From an uncultured Actinomycetes bacterium (lineage in GTDB: Bacteria; Actinomycetota; Thermoleophilia; RBG-16-64-13), in NCBI GenBank assembly GCA_963809395.1, contig CAWEJM010000018.1, forward strand, positions 64,275 to 128,274: a DNA stretch of 64,000 bases, written 5' to 3'. Made by a program: the position numbers and the translations under genes. This document shows positions 1 to 11,190 of the stretch, piece by piece; the first letter of the stretch is position 1, and every line of letters begins with the position of its first letter. The notes under the pieces are model-generated. The model was not told the origin of the DNA. It made no database searches and worked only from the letters and a program-made list of their open reading frames with translations.

Positions 1-3000
1 CGGCGGCACCCCGTAGCGGAAGGCCAGGGAGATGAGCCGGCCGATGGCCTCGCTGGACGCCGAGGCGCAGCCGCCGGCCTTGCCCATGTTGGCGAAGATC
101 TCGCGGGGGCCGAAGTCGTCCTCGTTGACGGTGACGTAGAGGCTGCCGCAGCCGGTGACCTTCTCCCGGGTCTCGCCGCGCAGTACCGGAGAGCGGCTGG
201 GCCGCACCGGCATGACGGCCGTGCCCCGCGGGCCGAGCTCCATCTGTACCGCCTCGCCGCTCTCGGCGCCTTTCCGCTTGACCTCGCCGATGTTGAGCAC
301 CTGCTCCTGTCGGGAGCCGTCGCGGTAGATGGTGACTCCCTTGACCCCCAGCTCGTACGCCAGCAGGTAGACGCGCTCCACGTCTTCGGGCCGGGCCTGG
401 TTGGGGAAGTTCACCGTCTTCGAGACGGCGTTGTCGACGTGGTCCTGGAAGGCCGCCTGCATGCGGATGTGCCATTCGGGAGACACGTCGTGGGCGGTGA
501 CGAACACCTTCTTGAGATCGTCGGGCACCTCCAGCTCGTGGAGGCCGCCGATCGTCGCCACGCTCTTCATGAGGTCGTCGGAGTAGAGCCCGCGATCCTT
601 CAGCACCTGCTCGAGCGCCGGGTGAGCCTCGGGCAGTTCGGTGTTGTCCATCACGTTGCGGATGTAGGCCAGGGCGAAGATGGGCTCCACGCCGCTGGAA
701 CAGTCGGCGATGATGGAGATGGTGCCGGTGGGAGCGATGGTGGTGAGGGTAGCGTTGCGCACCCGCCGCCCCTTGGCTCCCCACGTGCTCTCCTCCCAGT
801 TCGGGAACACGCCCCGGTCGCGCGCCAACTCTTCGGAGGCCTTGATGGCCTCCTCGTGGACGAAGCCCATCAGCTCGTGCCCCAGCCGGATGGCCTCGTT
901 CGGAATCGTAGCCGATGCCCAGCTCCACCAGCAGGTCGGCCCAGCCCATGACCCCCAGGCCGATCTTGCGGTTGCTCTTGGTCATCGTCCCGATCTCGGG
1001 CAGGGGATAGCGGTTCATGTCGATGACGTTGTCGAGGAAGTGGACGGCCGTGCGCGTAACCCGGCGCAGCCGCTCCCAATCGACGGCGCCGTCTTTGACC
1101 ATGATGGCAAGATTTATCGACCCGAGGTTGCAGCTTTCGTAGGGCAAAAGCGGCTGTTCGCCGCAGTTCGCGATCACAAGGCCGTTCGCGATGAACGAAT
1201 GGGTCAAGGGTTCGGTCAGATCGAAGACGGGCTCGACCCCTTCGGGAATGACAGCCTCCACCCGAGCGACGAACTTCTCCCGATTGGGTCCGCGTGTGTA
1301 GCCTGTCGACGGCCCGGCGCAGCGCCGCGGACTTCGCGCTGCTCAAGAACGCCGATCTCTCGGGCGAAGCGGAACAAGCTTCCGCTGCCTACACGAAGCT
1401 CGTGGTACGGGCCGAACGGGGTACTCCTTCGACCACCCTTGCCGTCGGGCAAGCAAGCGCGATCTTCTTCCCCCGCTTGCGATCGCGGAAGATGCGGCTG
1501 AAGATGCCGAAGTTGAGGAGCATCCGCTGGACATCTTGGAGCAAGTCGAGGCTCACCGAGGAGAGCCGGCATCGCCGGCGCGTTCCGCGGCCGATTCAGC
1601 ACCGTCCCATCCGCCGTGAACAGCGCCTGCAGGAACCCGCGCTGCATGTCCTCGCAGCCCCGCAGGACAGGCTCCGGGCACCATGAGCTTCTCGTCAACC
1701 AGGCCGTATTCCTCGGCGATCTCGCGCAGCCGCGCCGACTGGACCCGGGTCTCGTTGCGCTCGGCCACGGCGACGCCGGTGGCGCGAGCACACCGCCGCC
1801 GCGGGACGGCCGCACCACCGCTTCCACCGCTTCCCGGAACGCCGGCGCCAGCTCCCGTTCCTCGCCCCAGAACGACAGCACCGCCCGGTCGGACTTGACG
1901 GTGCCGTCGCCCACCAGCCAGCCCAAGACCCTCCCCAGCTCGAGCGAGCCCTCGCTGCCGAACCCGCCCTTGCGATCCAGCACGTGCACCTCGTCGCCCG
2001 GCGTGCAGCTCGCCCGCGGCCACCCAGCCCCGCTCGGTCATGATCCGGTGGTCAGGAGTGGCCCGCAGCTCGTAGCCTTCTCTGGTGGTGATCCGCACCA
2101 CCGGCTTGTGACCGCTGTAGAAGACGGGGGAGGAGTCGACGAGGCTCCGCCCGGCGCCGGCGGCCGTCGACGTCCGCCGCTGGGCTCGCAGCCTCGGCGC
2201 CAACGCCCCCGCCGGCCATCGGCACCGCCGCGCCGCGGCAGCCGCCATCCGCCCATCCACGGCCACCCGAAGCGGCTCCCCTTCCAGGAACAGGTCGAGC
2301 GCCCGCGCCAGGCCCCGGTCGGTGTAGACGAGGGTGTCGCCGGTGATGCACGGGTTTGTCGACTCGATCTCGCCCAGCTTCGGCGTGGGATTGTCGCGGT
2401 TCAGCCGATCGAGAAAGACGATGCCCGGCTCGCCGTTCTTCCAGGCCAGGCTGACGATGAGGTCGAAGATCTCGCGGGCGTTCAGCCGCCCCACTTCGAC
2501 GTGGTCGCGCGGGTTGCGCAGAGCGTAGTCGTCGCCGGTGAGCACGGCCCCCATGAACTCCTCGGTGACCCCCACCGAGATGTTGAAGTTGTTGAGGATG
2601 TGCTCGTCTTCCTTGGCCCGGATGAACTCCACGATATCGGGGTGGTCCACGCGCAGGATGCCCATGTTGGCGCCCCGCCGGGTGCCTCCCTGCTTGATGG
2701 TCTCGGTGGCCATGTCGAACACGCGCATGAACGAGACCGGCCCGCTGGCCACGCCCATGGTGGAGCGCACCAGGTCGTTCTTGGGCCGCAGGCGGCTGAA
2801 GCTGAAACCCGTCCCTCCGCCCGACTGGTGCACCAGGGCGGCGTCCCGGATGGCGCTGAAGATCGAGTTCATGCTGTCCTCCACCGGGAGGACGAAGCAC
2901 GCCGACAGCTGCTGCAGCTCGCGACCGGCGTTCATGAGCGTCGGCGTATTGGGCAGGAACTCCAGCCCGGCCATGACCGCGAAGAACTCGGCGATGGTGC

Positions 3001-3202
3001 CGTCGAGCGACGCCTCCGGATGGTAGAGGAGATCGGCCTGCGCGATGTTCTCCGCCACCCGGGCGAACATGTCGGCCGGAGCCTCGAGCGGCTCGCCGCT
3101 CTCGGTCCGCTTGAGGTACCGCTTCTCCAGGACCTTCTTCGCGCTGGGGGAGAGCCTCTTCTCCAACTCGGCCGACAGGGCCCGCAGCTCGGCGACGGTC
3201 AT
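1..3202 (-). CDS. nrdJ: Class II (adenosylcobalamin-dependent) ribonucleotide reductase NrdJ, host gene of an intein; the 3' end lies beyond position 1
   Basis: ORF 1553..3202 (-) opens with NrdJ blocks ([59 protein letters not shown]). Hand translation of the minus strand from 1165 down to 1 continues [83 protein letters not shown], with no stop before the edge. The two exteins share one frame (3202-1165 is divisible by 3). There is one apparent 1-nt slip near 899. Confidence 0.9.
1166..2350 (-). mobile_element. Intein with a LAGLIDADG homing-endonuclease domain, inserted in the NrdJ NPCGEQ active-site motif
   Basis: It begins with Cys directly after ESTNP ([13 protein letters not shown], codon 2348-2350). 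It ends [13 protein letters not shown], followed by the Cys of CGEQ (codon 1163-1165). The span is 1185 nt, or 395 codons. Two LAGLIDADG motifs occur in ORF 1216..1989 ([21 protein letters not shown]). The interior can only be read by switching frame several times. Confidence 0.8.
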
Positions 3203-3661
3203 CTGATCCCCTCTTTCGCAAGCTGTTCCAGTTCCTGTTTGAATCCCTCGACGCTCTCGAACTGGCGGTAGACCGAGGCAAAGCGGACGTAGGCCACCAG
3301 ATCGACCCCTTGCAGGCGCTCCAGAGCCATCTTACCGACCCGCTCGGACGTGACTTGGTACGCCGATTCCTCTCTCAGCTGCCGCTCGATGTCGGCCACG
3401 ATCTCCTCCAGACGCTCCACCGGCACGTTCCGCTTGGTGCAGGCCCGCATGAGACCTCGCAGCAGCTTGTCGGGGTGGAAGAGCTCGGTGCTGCCGTCGC
3501 GCTTCACCACCGTGATGGGGATCTCCTCGATCTTCTCGTAGGTGGTGAACCGCTGCCCGCACGCGGTGCACTCCCTCCGCCGCCGGATGGCTTCCTTGAC
3601 TCTCCGTCTCGCGCGAATCGACCACCCGACTGTCGGGAAGACCGCAATATGGGCAGTTCAC
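3199..3661 (-). CDS. nrdR: Transcriptional repressor NrdR (zinc ribbon plus ATP-cone), with one 1-nt frame slip near 3595
   Basis: A GTG at 3661 gives [21 protein letters not shown]. After a +1 slip the sequence reads [38 protein letters not shown] and joins ORF 3199..3510 (ATP-cone, ...[11 protein letters not shown]). The span is 463 nt, one more than a multiple of 3. The gene overlaps the nrdJ start by 4 nt. Confidence 0.85.
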
Positions 3662-3754
3662 GAATCCCTCGCTCTCTTCAAGATCTGGCCGATTCCCCGG
3701 CTCCTGGCAGCGTACACACACCGGCGCGCTTTCGGCACCGTCCGCACGGCTACG

Positions 3755-3770
3755 TACAAGATATGGTGTA
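3755..3770 (-). promoter_or_regulatory. Candidate NrdR box upstream of nrdR-nrdJ
   Basis: tacaagatatggtgta is a 16-bp imperfect palindrome (6 of 8 half-site positions pair) around a central ATAT, about 95 nt upstream of the nrdR start. It resembles the acaCwAtATaTwGtgt NrdR-box pattern. A weaker ATAT-centred site lies about 32 bp away (3787-3802). Confidence 0.35.
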
Positions 3771-3988
3771 CCGCGAGATGCTAGCACCCAACATATCGGC
3801 TGCGCAAGCTCTATCGCACATCTCGCTTGCCCGCACGGTCAAAGCACGTCCCGACAGCGGGCTCGTCGTACGCTAAGAGCGGCCCTCTCCGGGGCGTTTC
3901 GCGCGGCCCCGGCGCCCGTCGGCATCCGCGCCCCGCCACGGCGCCGCGGGGCTGGACTCGCCGGCGTCGCGCCGGGGATAATCCAGGC

Positions 3989-4802
3989 GTGGACGAACTC
4001 CTGCTCATCGTGGAGGACGACCCTTCCCTGCGCGAGGTGATCCGCCTCGGACTGGAGGGAGAAGGCTTCCGAGTGGTGGCCGCCGAGGACGGCCCCGCCG
4101 CCCTGGTGGCTTTCGCCTCCCACCGACCGGATCTGGTGCTGCTCGACATCATGCTGCCCGGCCTGGACGGCTTCGCCGTCTGCCGGGAGCTGCGCAAGAC
4201 CTCTCTGGTCCCCATCATCATGCTGACCGCCCGCTCGTCCACGGTGGACGTGGTGGTAGGGCTGGAGTCGGGCGCCGACGACTACGTGACCAAGCCCTTC
4301 GAATTCCCCGAGTTGATCGCCCGGGTGCGGTCGGTGTTGCGCAGAGCCTCGGTGCGGAGCTGGTGGCCGCGGAGGCCGGGCCGGCCGATGGGCGCGCCGG
4401 CGGCGACGCGACGGCGGCGACGGACCGACGGCAGCGCGGCCGGATCGCGGCGCGGGAGCGTCGCCCTCCGCGGGCCTGCCCCCGCACCCCGGCCTCTGAA
4501 TCTCGGACCCCTCACCATAGACCCCGGCGCCTTCGTCGTGCGTCGAGGCTCCGAGGACATCCCTCTCACCGTCACCGAGTTCCGCCTGCTCTACGAACTG
4601 GCGCGCCACGCCGGCCAGGTGCTCACTCGGGATCAGCTGCTCGAGCTGGTGTGGGGCTACTCCTACCTGGGCGATAGCCGGCTGGTGGACGTGCACGTGC
4701 AGCGGCTGCGGGCCAAGATCGAGGAGGACCCCGCCCATCCGCTCCTCATCCTCACGGTGCGCGGGGTAGGCTATCGGGCCGACCGCCACGAGAGCGTCCT
4801 GA
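3989..4802 (+). CDS. OmpR/MtrA-type response regulator (receiver plus winged-helix domain); 3' end uncertain
   Basis: From the GTG at 3989: LLLIVEDDPSLREVIRLGLEGEGFRVVAAEDG...DLVLLDIMLPGLDGFAVCRELR...PIIMLTAR...GADDYVTKPF, then LTVTEFRLLYELARHAGQVLTRDQLLELVWGY...VDVHVQRLRAKIE...LTVRGVGYR. As assembled, the frame stays open to 4975. A TGATGA at 4800-4805 in the neighbouring frame would give a normal-length C-terminus. Confidence 0.8.
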
Positions 4803-6352
4803 TGACCGACGGCGGCATCGGGATGGCCGGCCGATGGCTGATCGAGGCCGCCACATCCCCGGGCCCGTCACTCGCTCCGCCGCCGAGTGGCTCTCGTCTT
4901 CGTGGCCGCGGTGGTGGTGACCGCTCTGGCCCTCGCCCTGTCGGCCTACTTCATCACCAAGACCGCCCAGGATGACGAGGCCCTCGACAAGGCCTTGGCT
5001 CAATCCCGCTTCAATCTCTTCCTCGCCGACTCCATGCTCCCGGCCGCGCCGGAGGCGGCCGACTACAACCGGCTGCTGGAAGCCCTCCAGATCCGGGGCG
5101 ATTTCGCCACGCTCGATCGAGGCGGGATCCGAGACCTACGTCTCCGGCCCCCAGGTGACACGGGGATTGGTCACCCCCGAATTGGCCGCCAAGGTGGCCG
5201 AGGGCCGCATCGGATACCAGATGATCACGATGGCCGGGCAACCCACGATAGCCGTCGGCGGCCAGGTACGGTCCGCGGACGATCGCCCTGTACTTCTTCT
5301 ACCCACAGGGCGATCGCCTGGCCGATCTGGCCAGGCTGCGAAACATCCTCATCATCGGCGGCAGTGATCCTGGCCGTGCTCGGAGCCATCGCCGGGTACT
5401 GGCTGGCCCGGCGGCTGCTGGGACCGGTTCGCGCCGCGAGCAAGGCCGCCGTCCTGGTGTCTCAGGGCGACCTGGACATCCGGTTGCCGGTGGGCGCCGA
5501 CGAATTCGGGGTGCTGGCGGCTTCGTTCAACCAGATGACCGAGAACCTCAGGGCGAAGATGCTCGATCTGGAGGCCGGACAGGCCCGCGAGCGCCGCTTC
5601 GTGGCCGACGTGACCCATGAGTTGCGCACTCCCGTGTCTGCGCTGGTGGGCGAAGCTTCCTTGCTCAAGAGCCCGGCTGGAGGCCGATCCGGCCGGCTGC
5701 CCCCCCGAGGTCACCCGCCTTGCCCTGTTGGTCAGCACCGACATCGCCCGTCTGCGCCAGCTGGTCGACGACCTGCTCGAGATCAGCCGGCTCGATGCCC
5801 AGGCGGCCGAGACGGTCGATGGAGCCGGTGGATCTGACAGACGTTCCTCGTCCGACTGGTGCAGGCCCACGGCTGGTCCGACGCGGTGAGCGTGGCGGAC
5901 ACGCAGCCCGGTCGCGAGCCGGCGCAGCCCAGGCGACCGGCGGCGCCGACGAGCCGTGCAGGCCGGCGCCATCGTCCGCACCGACAAGCGGCGCGTGGAG
6001 CGCATCATCGTGAACCTGGTGGAGAACGCTCTGCGGCACGGAGCGGCGCCCGTGACCATCGAGGTGCGGCGCGTCGCCGGCGCCGGAGGCCGGCGAGCCT
6101 GCCGCCGAGCCGCTCGGTCGACCTCATCCAGGTCGCGTCACCGACACCGGCCCGGGCATTCCCGTCGAGCACCTGCCCCACATCTTCGACCGCTTCTACA
6201 AGGCCGACCCCAGCCGCGCGTCCAGCCGCGGAAGCGGACTGGGCCTGGCCATCGCTCGCGAGAACGCCCGTCTGCTGGGCGGAGACCTGACCGCGGCCAA
6301 TGCCCCCGGCGGCGGCGCCCGCTTCGTGCTCATCCTGCCGGTCGGCGACTGA
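4802..6352 (+). CDS. Sensor histidine kinase (TM-HAMP-HisKA-HATPase_c), split over all three frames by at least 6 indels
   Basis: Conserved pieces in order are as follows. TM segment VALVFVAAVVVTALALALSAYFITK (ORF 4887..5837). HAMP LARRLLGPVRAASKAAVLVSQGDLDIRLPVGADEFGVLAASFNQMTENL. H-box ERRFVADVTHELRTPVSAL. LVSTDIARLRQLVDDLLEISRLDA (ORF 5617..5889). N-box RVERIIVNLVENALRHG (ORF 5956..6411). G-boxes VTDTGPGIPVEHLPHIFDRFYKAD...GSGLGLAIARENARLLGG...GGARFVLILPVGD, ending at TGA 6350-6352. The start at ATG 4802 (overlapping the regulator's stop) is inferred; the ORF-supported part starts at GTG 4887. Confidence 0.8.
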
Positions 6353-6499
6353 CCCAGCTCCTGACGGCAGCGCGCGGCCTCCGCCGGCAGCCTGCCGCGT
6401 GCCTTCTGTAACACGATCGTTACCTGATCGCGGCAGGTCCGTGAAGTCGGCGGTCAAACATGGACCTATACAGGGTTCAGTTCGAAGGAGGCGGAAGCC

Positions 6500-7502
6500 A
6501 TGAGATTCTCACTGGGCGATCGATCAAGCGAGGCCCGCGGGCGAGAGATGACCCACGCGCCCCGGGACCGTGTCTCTCATTCGTCCTGACAGTCGGACTG
6601 CTGGTCTTGGCGCTGGTCGCCGTGACGGTGGTCGCTGCCGGCTGCGGGGTCAGCGACGACGTGGGCGACGGAGGCACGGTCAGCACGACCGAGGGCGCGC
6701 AGACCACGTCCGCACGCGTCACGACTGTCTCCCGAGGAGACCACCACCACCGTACCGTCACAAACGACCACCACCGCCGGCAAAGACACGATGACGGTCA
6801 ACGTCTACTACTCCCGCGACGAGAAGATGTGCGCCGCCGCCCGGGTCGTCCCCAAGACCCAGGAAGTGGGCGCCGCGGCCATGAAGGCCCTTCTGAAGGG
6901 CCCCACCGCCGAGGAGAAGGCGGCGGGCATGGTCAGCAACATCCCCGAGGGGACGACCTTCCTGGGCCTCAGCATCGAAGGACGGGGTGGCCACCGTAGA
7001 CCTTTCGAAGGAGTACGCGTCGGGCGGCGGCAGCCTCTCGATGATGATGCGGCTGGCCGAAGTGGTCTTCACCCTCACCCAGTTCCCGACCGTGGAGGGC
7101 GTCAACTTCAAGCTCGACGGCGAAGCGATCGACGTCCTCGGAGGAGAGGGGCTCATCCTCGACCATCCGATGAGCCGGGCCGACTACGAAGACCTGTCCC
7201 CGGCCATCCTGGTCGAATCGCCCACCCTGGGCGACACGGTCAGCAGCCCCCTGCGCGTCACCGGCACGGCCAACGTCTTCGAGGCCGTCTTCCGGATCAA
7301 CGTGGTCGACTGGGACGGCCTCATCGTCGCCGACCAGGTCGTGACCGCCACCTCCGGCACCGGCACCCGCGGCACCTTCGACGTGACCATTCCCTTCACG
7401 GTCGACCAGGCCGGCCCGGGCGCTCTCATCGTGTTCGCGGAGTCGCCGAAGGACGGCTCTCAGATCGACGTGGTCGAGATCCCTCTGCAGCTCGAGAAGT
7501 AG
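6500..7502 (+). CDS. Lipoprotein with a GerMN domain and an Ig-like (Gmad2-type) domain, LpqB-like; 2-3 frame slips
   Basis: RBS gaaggagg precedes ATG 6500. Lipobox LLVLALVAVTVVAAGCG (ORF 6460..6999). A Thr-rich linker is followed by VNVYYSRDEKMCAAARVVPKTQEVGAAAMKALLKGPTAEEKAAGMVSNIP (ORF 6791..7540), then ATVDLSKEYASGGGSLSMMMRLAEVVFTLTQFPTVEGVNFKLDGE...LRVTGTANVFEAVFRINVVD...TFDVTIPF (ORF 6987..7502). Confidence 0.75.
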
Positions 7503-7555
7503 GCAGCACCGTCAGCGTGAAGATCAGGCCGCACTCTTAGGCCCCCATCTCGCAT

Positions 7556-7617
7556 GAGCCGCCCCATGGGAGTCCCGGCCCGCCCCGGCCGGCCCAGGGG
7601 CGGCTCGTCTTGTCGTT
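7556..7617. terminator. Candidate bidirectional terminator between convergent genes
   Basis: gagccgcccc (7556-7565) pairs perfectly with ggggcggctc (7597-7606). The structure is followed by gtcttgtcgtt. The loop is long (31 nt) and GC-rich, so this call is tentative. Confidence 0.3.
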
Positions 7618-7693
7618 GAGACAGCGCCGGCGAGATCGGCCGGCGGCCCCGCGGCGCCACGCGGTGATCGGCCTGCTCTCGGCCGGCCTACCC

Positions 7694-10559
7694 TCAGGTG
7701 CGCCGCCTTGCCGGCCCCGCCCTGCGGGCCCGCTGGTAGCTCTGAAAGACCAACGTGGCCTGCAGGCGGCTGGCCACACCCAACTTGCGGAAGATATGGT
7801 TGGCGTGCGTCTTCACCGTCTTCTCCGAGATGAAGAGCTTGGCCCCGATCACCTTGTTGGGCATGCCCAGGGCGATCATCTTGAGGACCTCTCGCTCGCG
7901 ATCGGTGAGGGCCTCGATCCCTTCCAGCGTCCCGGGGGTCGAGTTGGTCCGTGGGAGCCGGCGCGGGCGCTTGCGTAGCAAGGCCCCGCCGCCGGGAGGG
8001 TCCGAGCGGGACGTCGGTGGGATAGGTCCTGCCGGTTGTCAGCTTCTGGAAGTAGTTCTGGAGCCGTTCGGGAAGAAGAGGGACGATCTTCTCCCGCACG
8101 AAAGGACCCGGCCTCAAATCGGTCGCAGAGGGCCAGGATCGGCACCGCCACAGAGGCTTCCTGGCTGAAGAAGTGGATGTGCTCGTGCTCCTCTGCCAGC
8201 CGCATGGCTTCGGTCAGGGAGCGGGCGGCTTCGTGCTCGTTCCCCGCGCGGGCGTGAAGCCAGCCGAGATAGAAGAGGGCCGGGGCCAGCGAACTCATGA
8301 GGCCCCACCGTCGGCTGACGCGCACCGTCTCTTCGAGCGAGACCCGCGCCTCCGCCTCCCGGCCCAGAGACGACCAGGTCCATGCCGATTGCCGCCAGCG
8401 CTCGAACCCGCTCGAACACCGCCAACCGGTTCTTGTCGACGATCTCGAGGGCGGCCTTGTGGTGATCCAGAGCCCGCTGAGGCATTCTGGTTCCGGCGGC
8501 ACAGGTCTCCGAGCATGTCTTCGGCCCAGAAGCTCTCCTCCGCATCCCCGGCCTTGGCGGCGAGCGCCTGCGCTTCTCTGATCTTGGCCACAGCCCCCCT
8601 GTAGTCCCACCTGCCCAGGGCCACCGCCGCCTGGTTCAAGAGGCTGGATGTCTCGACAAGAGCCTAGCCCCGCGTTCGGACCAGTCGCAGGCACTCGTCG
8701 GCGTACCGGCCGGCCGTTCGTAGTCTCCGGTGAGATAGGCCAGGATCGCGGCGCCGTTGAGCGCCATGGCGTGAGCCGGAGTCAGCGGTCCGGAGCCGGG
8801 ATCGATCGCCTTCTCCACCCACTGTTTGGCCAGGCGGTAGTGGCCCAGTGAGTAGAACAGCCTCGCCCGATGGACGTGGACGCGCTGCGTCAGAGAGGCG
8901 CGACCGTCGGCAGGCGCCATGGCGAGGGCCCGTTCCCAGTTCTCGACGGCCTCGTCCCAGCGGCAGAGACTGACGAGAACGTTCCCCTCGGCCATCAGCA
9001 CCTCCACCTTCTCCTCGGGAGAGCCGGCCAGCGACCGGCAGCGCTTCATGACGGCCAGACTCTCGTCCCACAGACCTTGGTTGAAGAGGCAGAACGCGGA
9101 GCCCAAGAGGACGGGAAGAAGCCCCTCCTTGTCGCCCGCCGCGGAGAGAAGACGGGCCGCCCGCTCGTAGAGCACCCCGGCATCGGCATACTTGGTCTGC
9201 TGCTGCAGGACCCGCGCCTTGGCCACGAGCAACCAGGGGTCGGCGAGGCCGTCGGCGTTGCGCCGTCGGGGATCAGATCGAGCCAGTCATCGCGCAGCGA
9301 AGTTCACCGCCGCGTACAGGGAGGACAGGGCCAGTGCTCGCAGGGGACGGGCGGCGTCCTCGAGTCGACCGGCGCGCAGGTAGAGAGACGCGGCCTGATG
9401 ATGCTCGCCGCAGCGCTCCAGGTGCTCGGCCGCCCTTCCTATCAGCCCGGTCGCGTTGTCGCCCCGCCAAGCCTCTCGCTCGGCGAAGCCACGCAAGAGA
9501 GGGTGGAGGGTGTAGCTCCGGCGCCCCGCGCGCGTCACCAGGAAACCCCGGGAGACGAAGTCCTCCAATATGGCTTCCGCTTGGCCCGGTAGTCCGGGCA
9601 GGAAAGCCTCGTCCCGAGGAAAGATCACCCGAGGGAGAAGGGCGGCGGTGAGCATCGTCTGGGCGGCAAGAGGATCCAACCCCGAAAGAATGTGCCGCTC
9701 CAAATATGCGCGGAGATCGCGGCCCCGGGCGATGACCCCGACGATGTCCTTGCGGGTCACATCAGCGCCACGAGAGAGCAGATGCTGGCCCAGCAAGACC
9801 AGCGCCGCCGGCCAGCCCTCGGTCACCCGCCACAGGGCGCGCGCCTCCGACGGTTGGAGTTGCACGGCCCAATTCTGCCGGGCCCAGGCGGCCACCTCGC
9901 GCGGAGTGAGGCGCAATTCCCGGCCCTTGAGCCACACCAACCGTCCCCCGAGCGTCACTCCGTCGATGCGTAGACGGCACGCGGCGGCGCGAAGAGAGAA
10001 GGATGGTCCAACCGGGAGGCAGGCCGCGAGTGATCAACTCGAGCGCACTCAACACCTGGGGAGACGAATCGATGAGGTGGAGATCATCGATGGCTACGAG
10101 TGTCTCCTGCCCGGCGTGGTCCGACATGAAGTCCACCACCTCGGCGGCAAGCTCAAGGACGGCCCCATCGTTTCCCCCGGGTTCCGACCAGCCCAGAGAC
10201 GGTGACGGCGGCCGGCTGGAAGGCTCCATGCCCAGTCCCGCCATCAGATAGGTGAGAAAGCGGACCGGATCGCGATCGCCTTCGTCCACGGAGTAGTAGA
10301 CGGTGCGGCCGCTCGCCGACGAGAGCAGGTCGACGATGAAGGCCGTCTTCCCGTATCCGGGCCCCGCGACCACGTACACCACGCCCCCGCCCCGCACCGG
10401 TTCGACCAGCGCGCGCAGACGCGGCCGGCCCAAGACGAAGCCCTGGTGCGGCAGGCTGAGCTTCGCCGCCAGCGTCCGTGCCCGCTGTTCTGTGACGTCA
10501 GACGGTCGCATCACCGACATTTCCTGCAGATGCCGATCAAGGAGCCGACCGGTAGGCAC
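7694..10559 (-). CDS. Large LuxR-family regulator with an N-terminal P-loop ATPase, TPR-like middle and C-terminal HTH (MalT/LAL-like); at least 7 frame slips
   Basis: N-terminal ORF 9762..10559 has Walker A VVAGPGYGKTAF and Walker B-like LVAIDDLH. ORF 9287..9958 contains WRVTEGWPAALVLLG. Helical-repeat ORFs follow (8636..9232, 8295..8639, 7876..8694). ORF 7694..7981 ends with the LuxR HTH LTDREREVLKMIALGMPNKVIGAKLFISEKTVKTHANHIFRKLGV. Confidence 0.8.
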
Positions 10560-10690
10560 AGTGTCCTCACATAGGAGCTAGGGTGTCAACGTCGCTCATG
10601 TTGCTCTCGCTGTGTCGTATGTGGCTGACGAGCCGGCGGTGCTGGACGCCGGCGCCGTGGGCCGGCGCCGGGCCGGACCGGATTGTTCCG

Positions 10691-10979
10691 CTACAGGTAC
10701 TCGAGCCGCTTCGCCACCACCGACACGGCCTTGCGTTCCTCTCCGTCCTTCTCGTACACGTCCTGGCGCAGGGAGCCCTCCACGGCTATCCGCCTGCCTT
10801 TGCCCAGGTGGTCTCCCGCGGCTTCGGCCTGCGAGTTCCAGGCCTTGATCCGAAAGAAGTCCGCCTCTTCCGCGTTCCGGTCGACCGCCAGGATGAAAGC
10901 TGCTGACCTTGGATCCGCCGTTGACCTCCTTGACCTCCACGTCGGTGGCCAGTCGTCCGATGAGATGCACGCTGTTCAT
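10691..10979 (-). CDS. ssb: Short single-stranded-DNA-binding protein (OB fold only, about 96 aa, no acidic tail); one frame slip
   Basis: RBS aaggagg precedes ATG 10979. The sequence reads MNSVHLIGRLATDVEVKEVNGGSKVSSF, then after a slip ILAVDRNAEEADFFRIKAWNSQAEAAGDHLGKGRRIAVEGSLRQDVYEKDGEERKAVSVVAKRLEYL and stops at 10691-10693. Confidence 0.75.
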
Positions 10980-11190
10980 TGTCTCCTCCTTGTTGATGCG
11001 GTTAGCCCTTCTCCCCAACCCGGGGAACTGCAGGGTAGCCGGGCAAAGGGCGGGGTTGAATACAACCAAAGGTGGAACTGCGCTAAACCCCAACCTCTCC
11101 CCGGCCGATACCAGTGGTGTGGCACTACCGAGAGATATCGATCGCACGACCGCGACCCTTCCCGACGGCGCAGAGAGAGACTGATGCATC

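Noticed and set aside
4330-4500. An unusually long Arg-rich linker of about 55 aa between the receiver and DNA-binding domains of the response regulator.
   Set aside because: The neighbouring frame gives a more natural Ala/Glu/Gly-rich sequence. The stretch is therefore probably another pair of indels rather than a real insertion.
4802-6352. Programmed ribosomal frameshifting or transcriptional slippage as an explanation for the split genes.
   Set aside because: There are too many sites (dozens). They occur in unrelated housekeeping genes, with no shared slippery heptamer or downstream structure, and both +1 and -1 changes are seen. Consensus indels explain them more simply.
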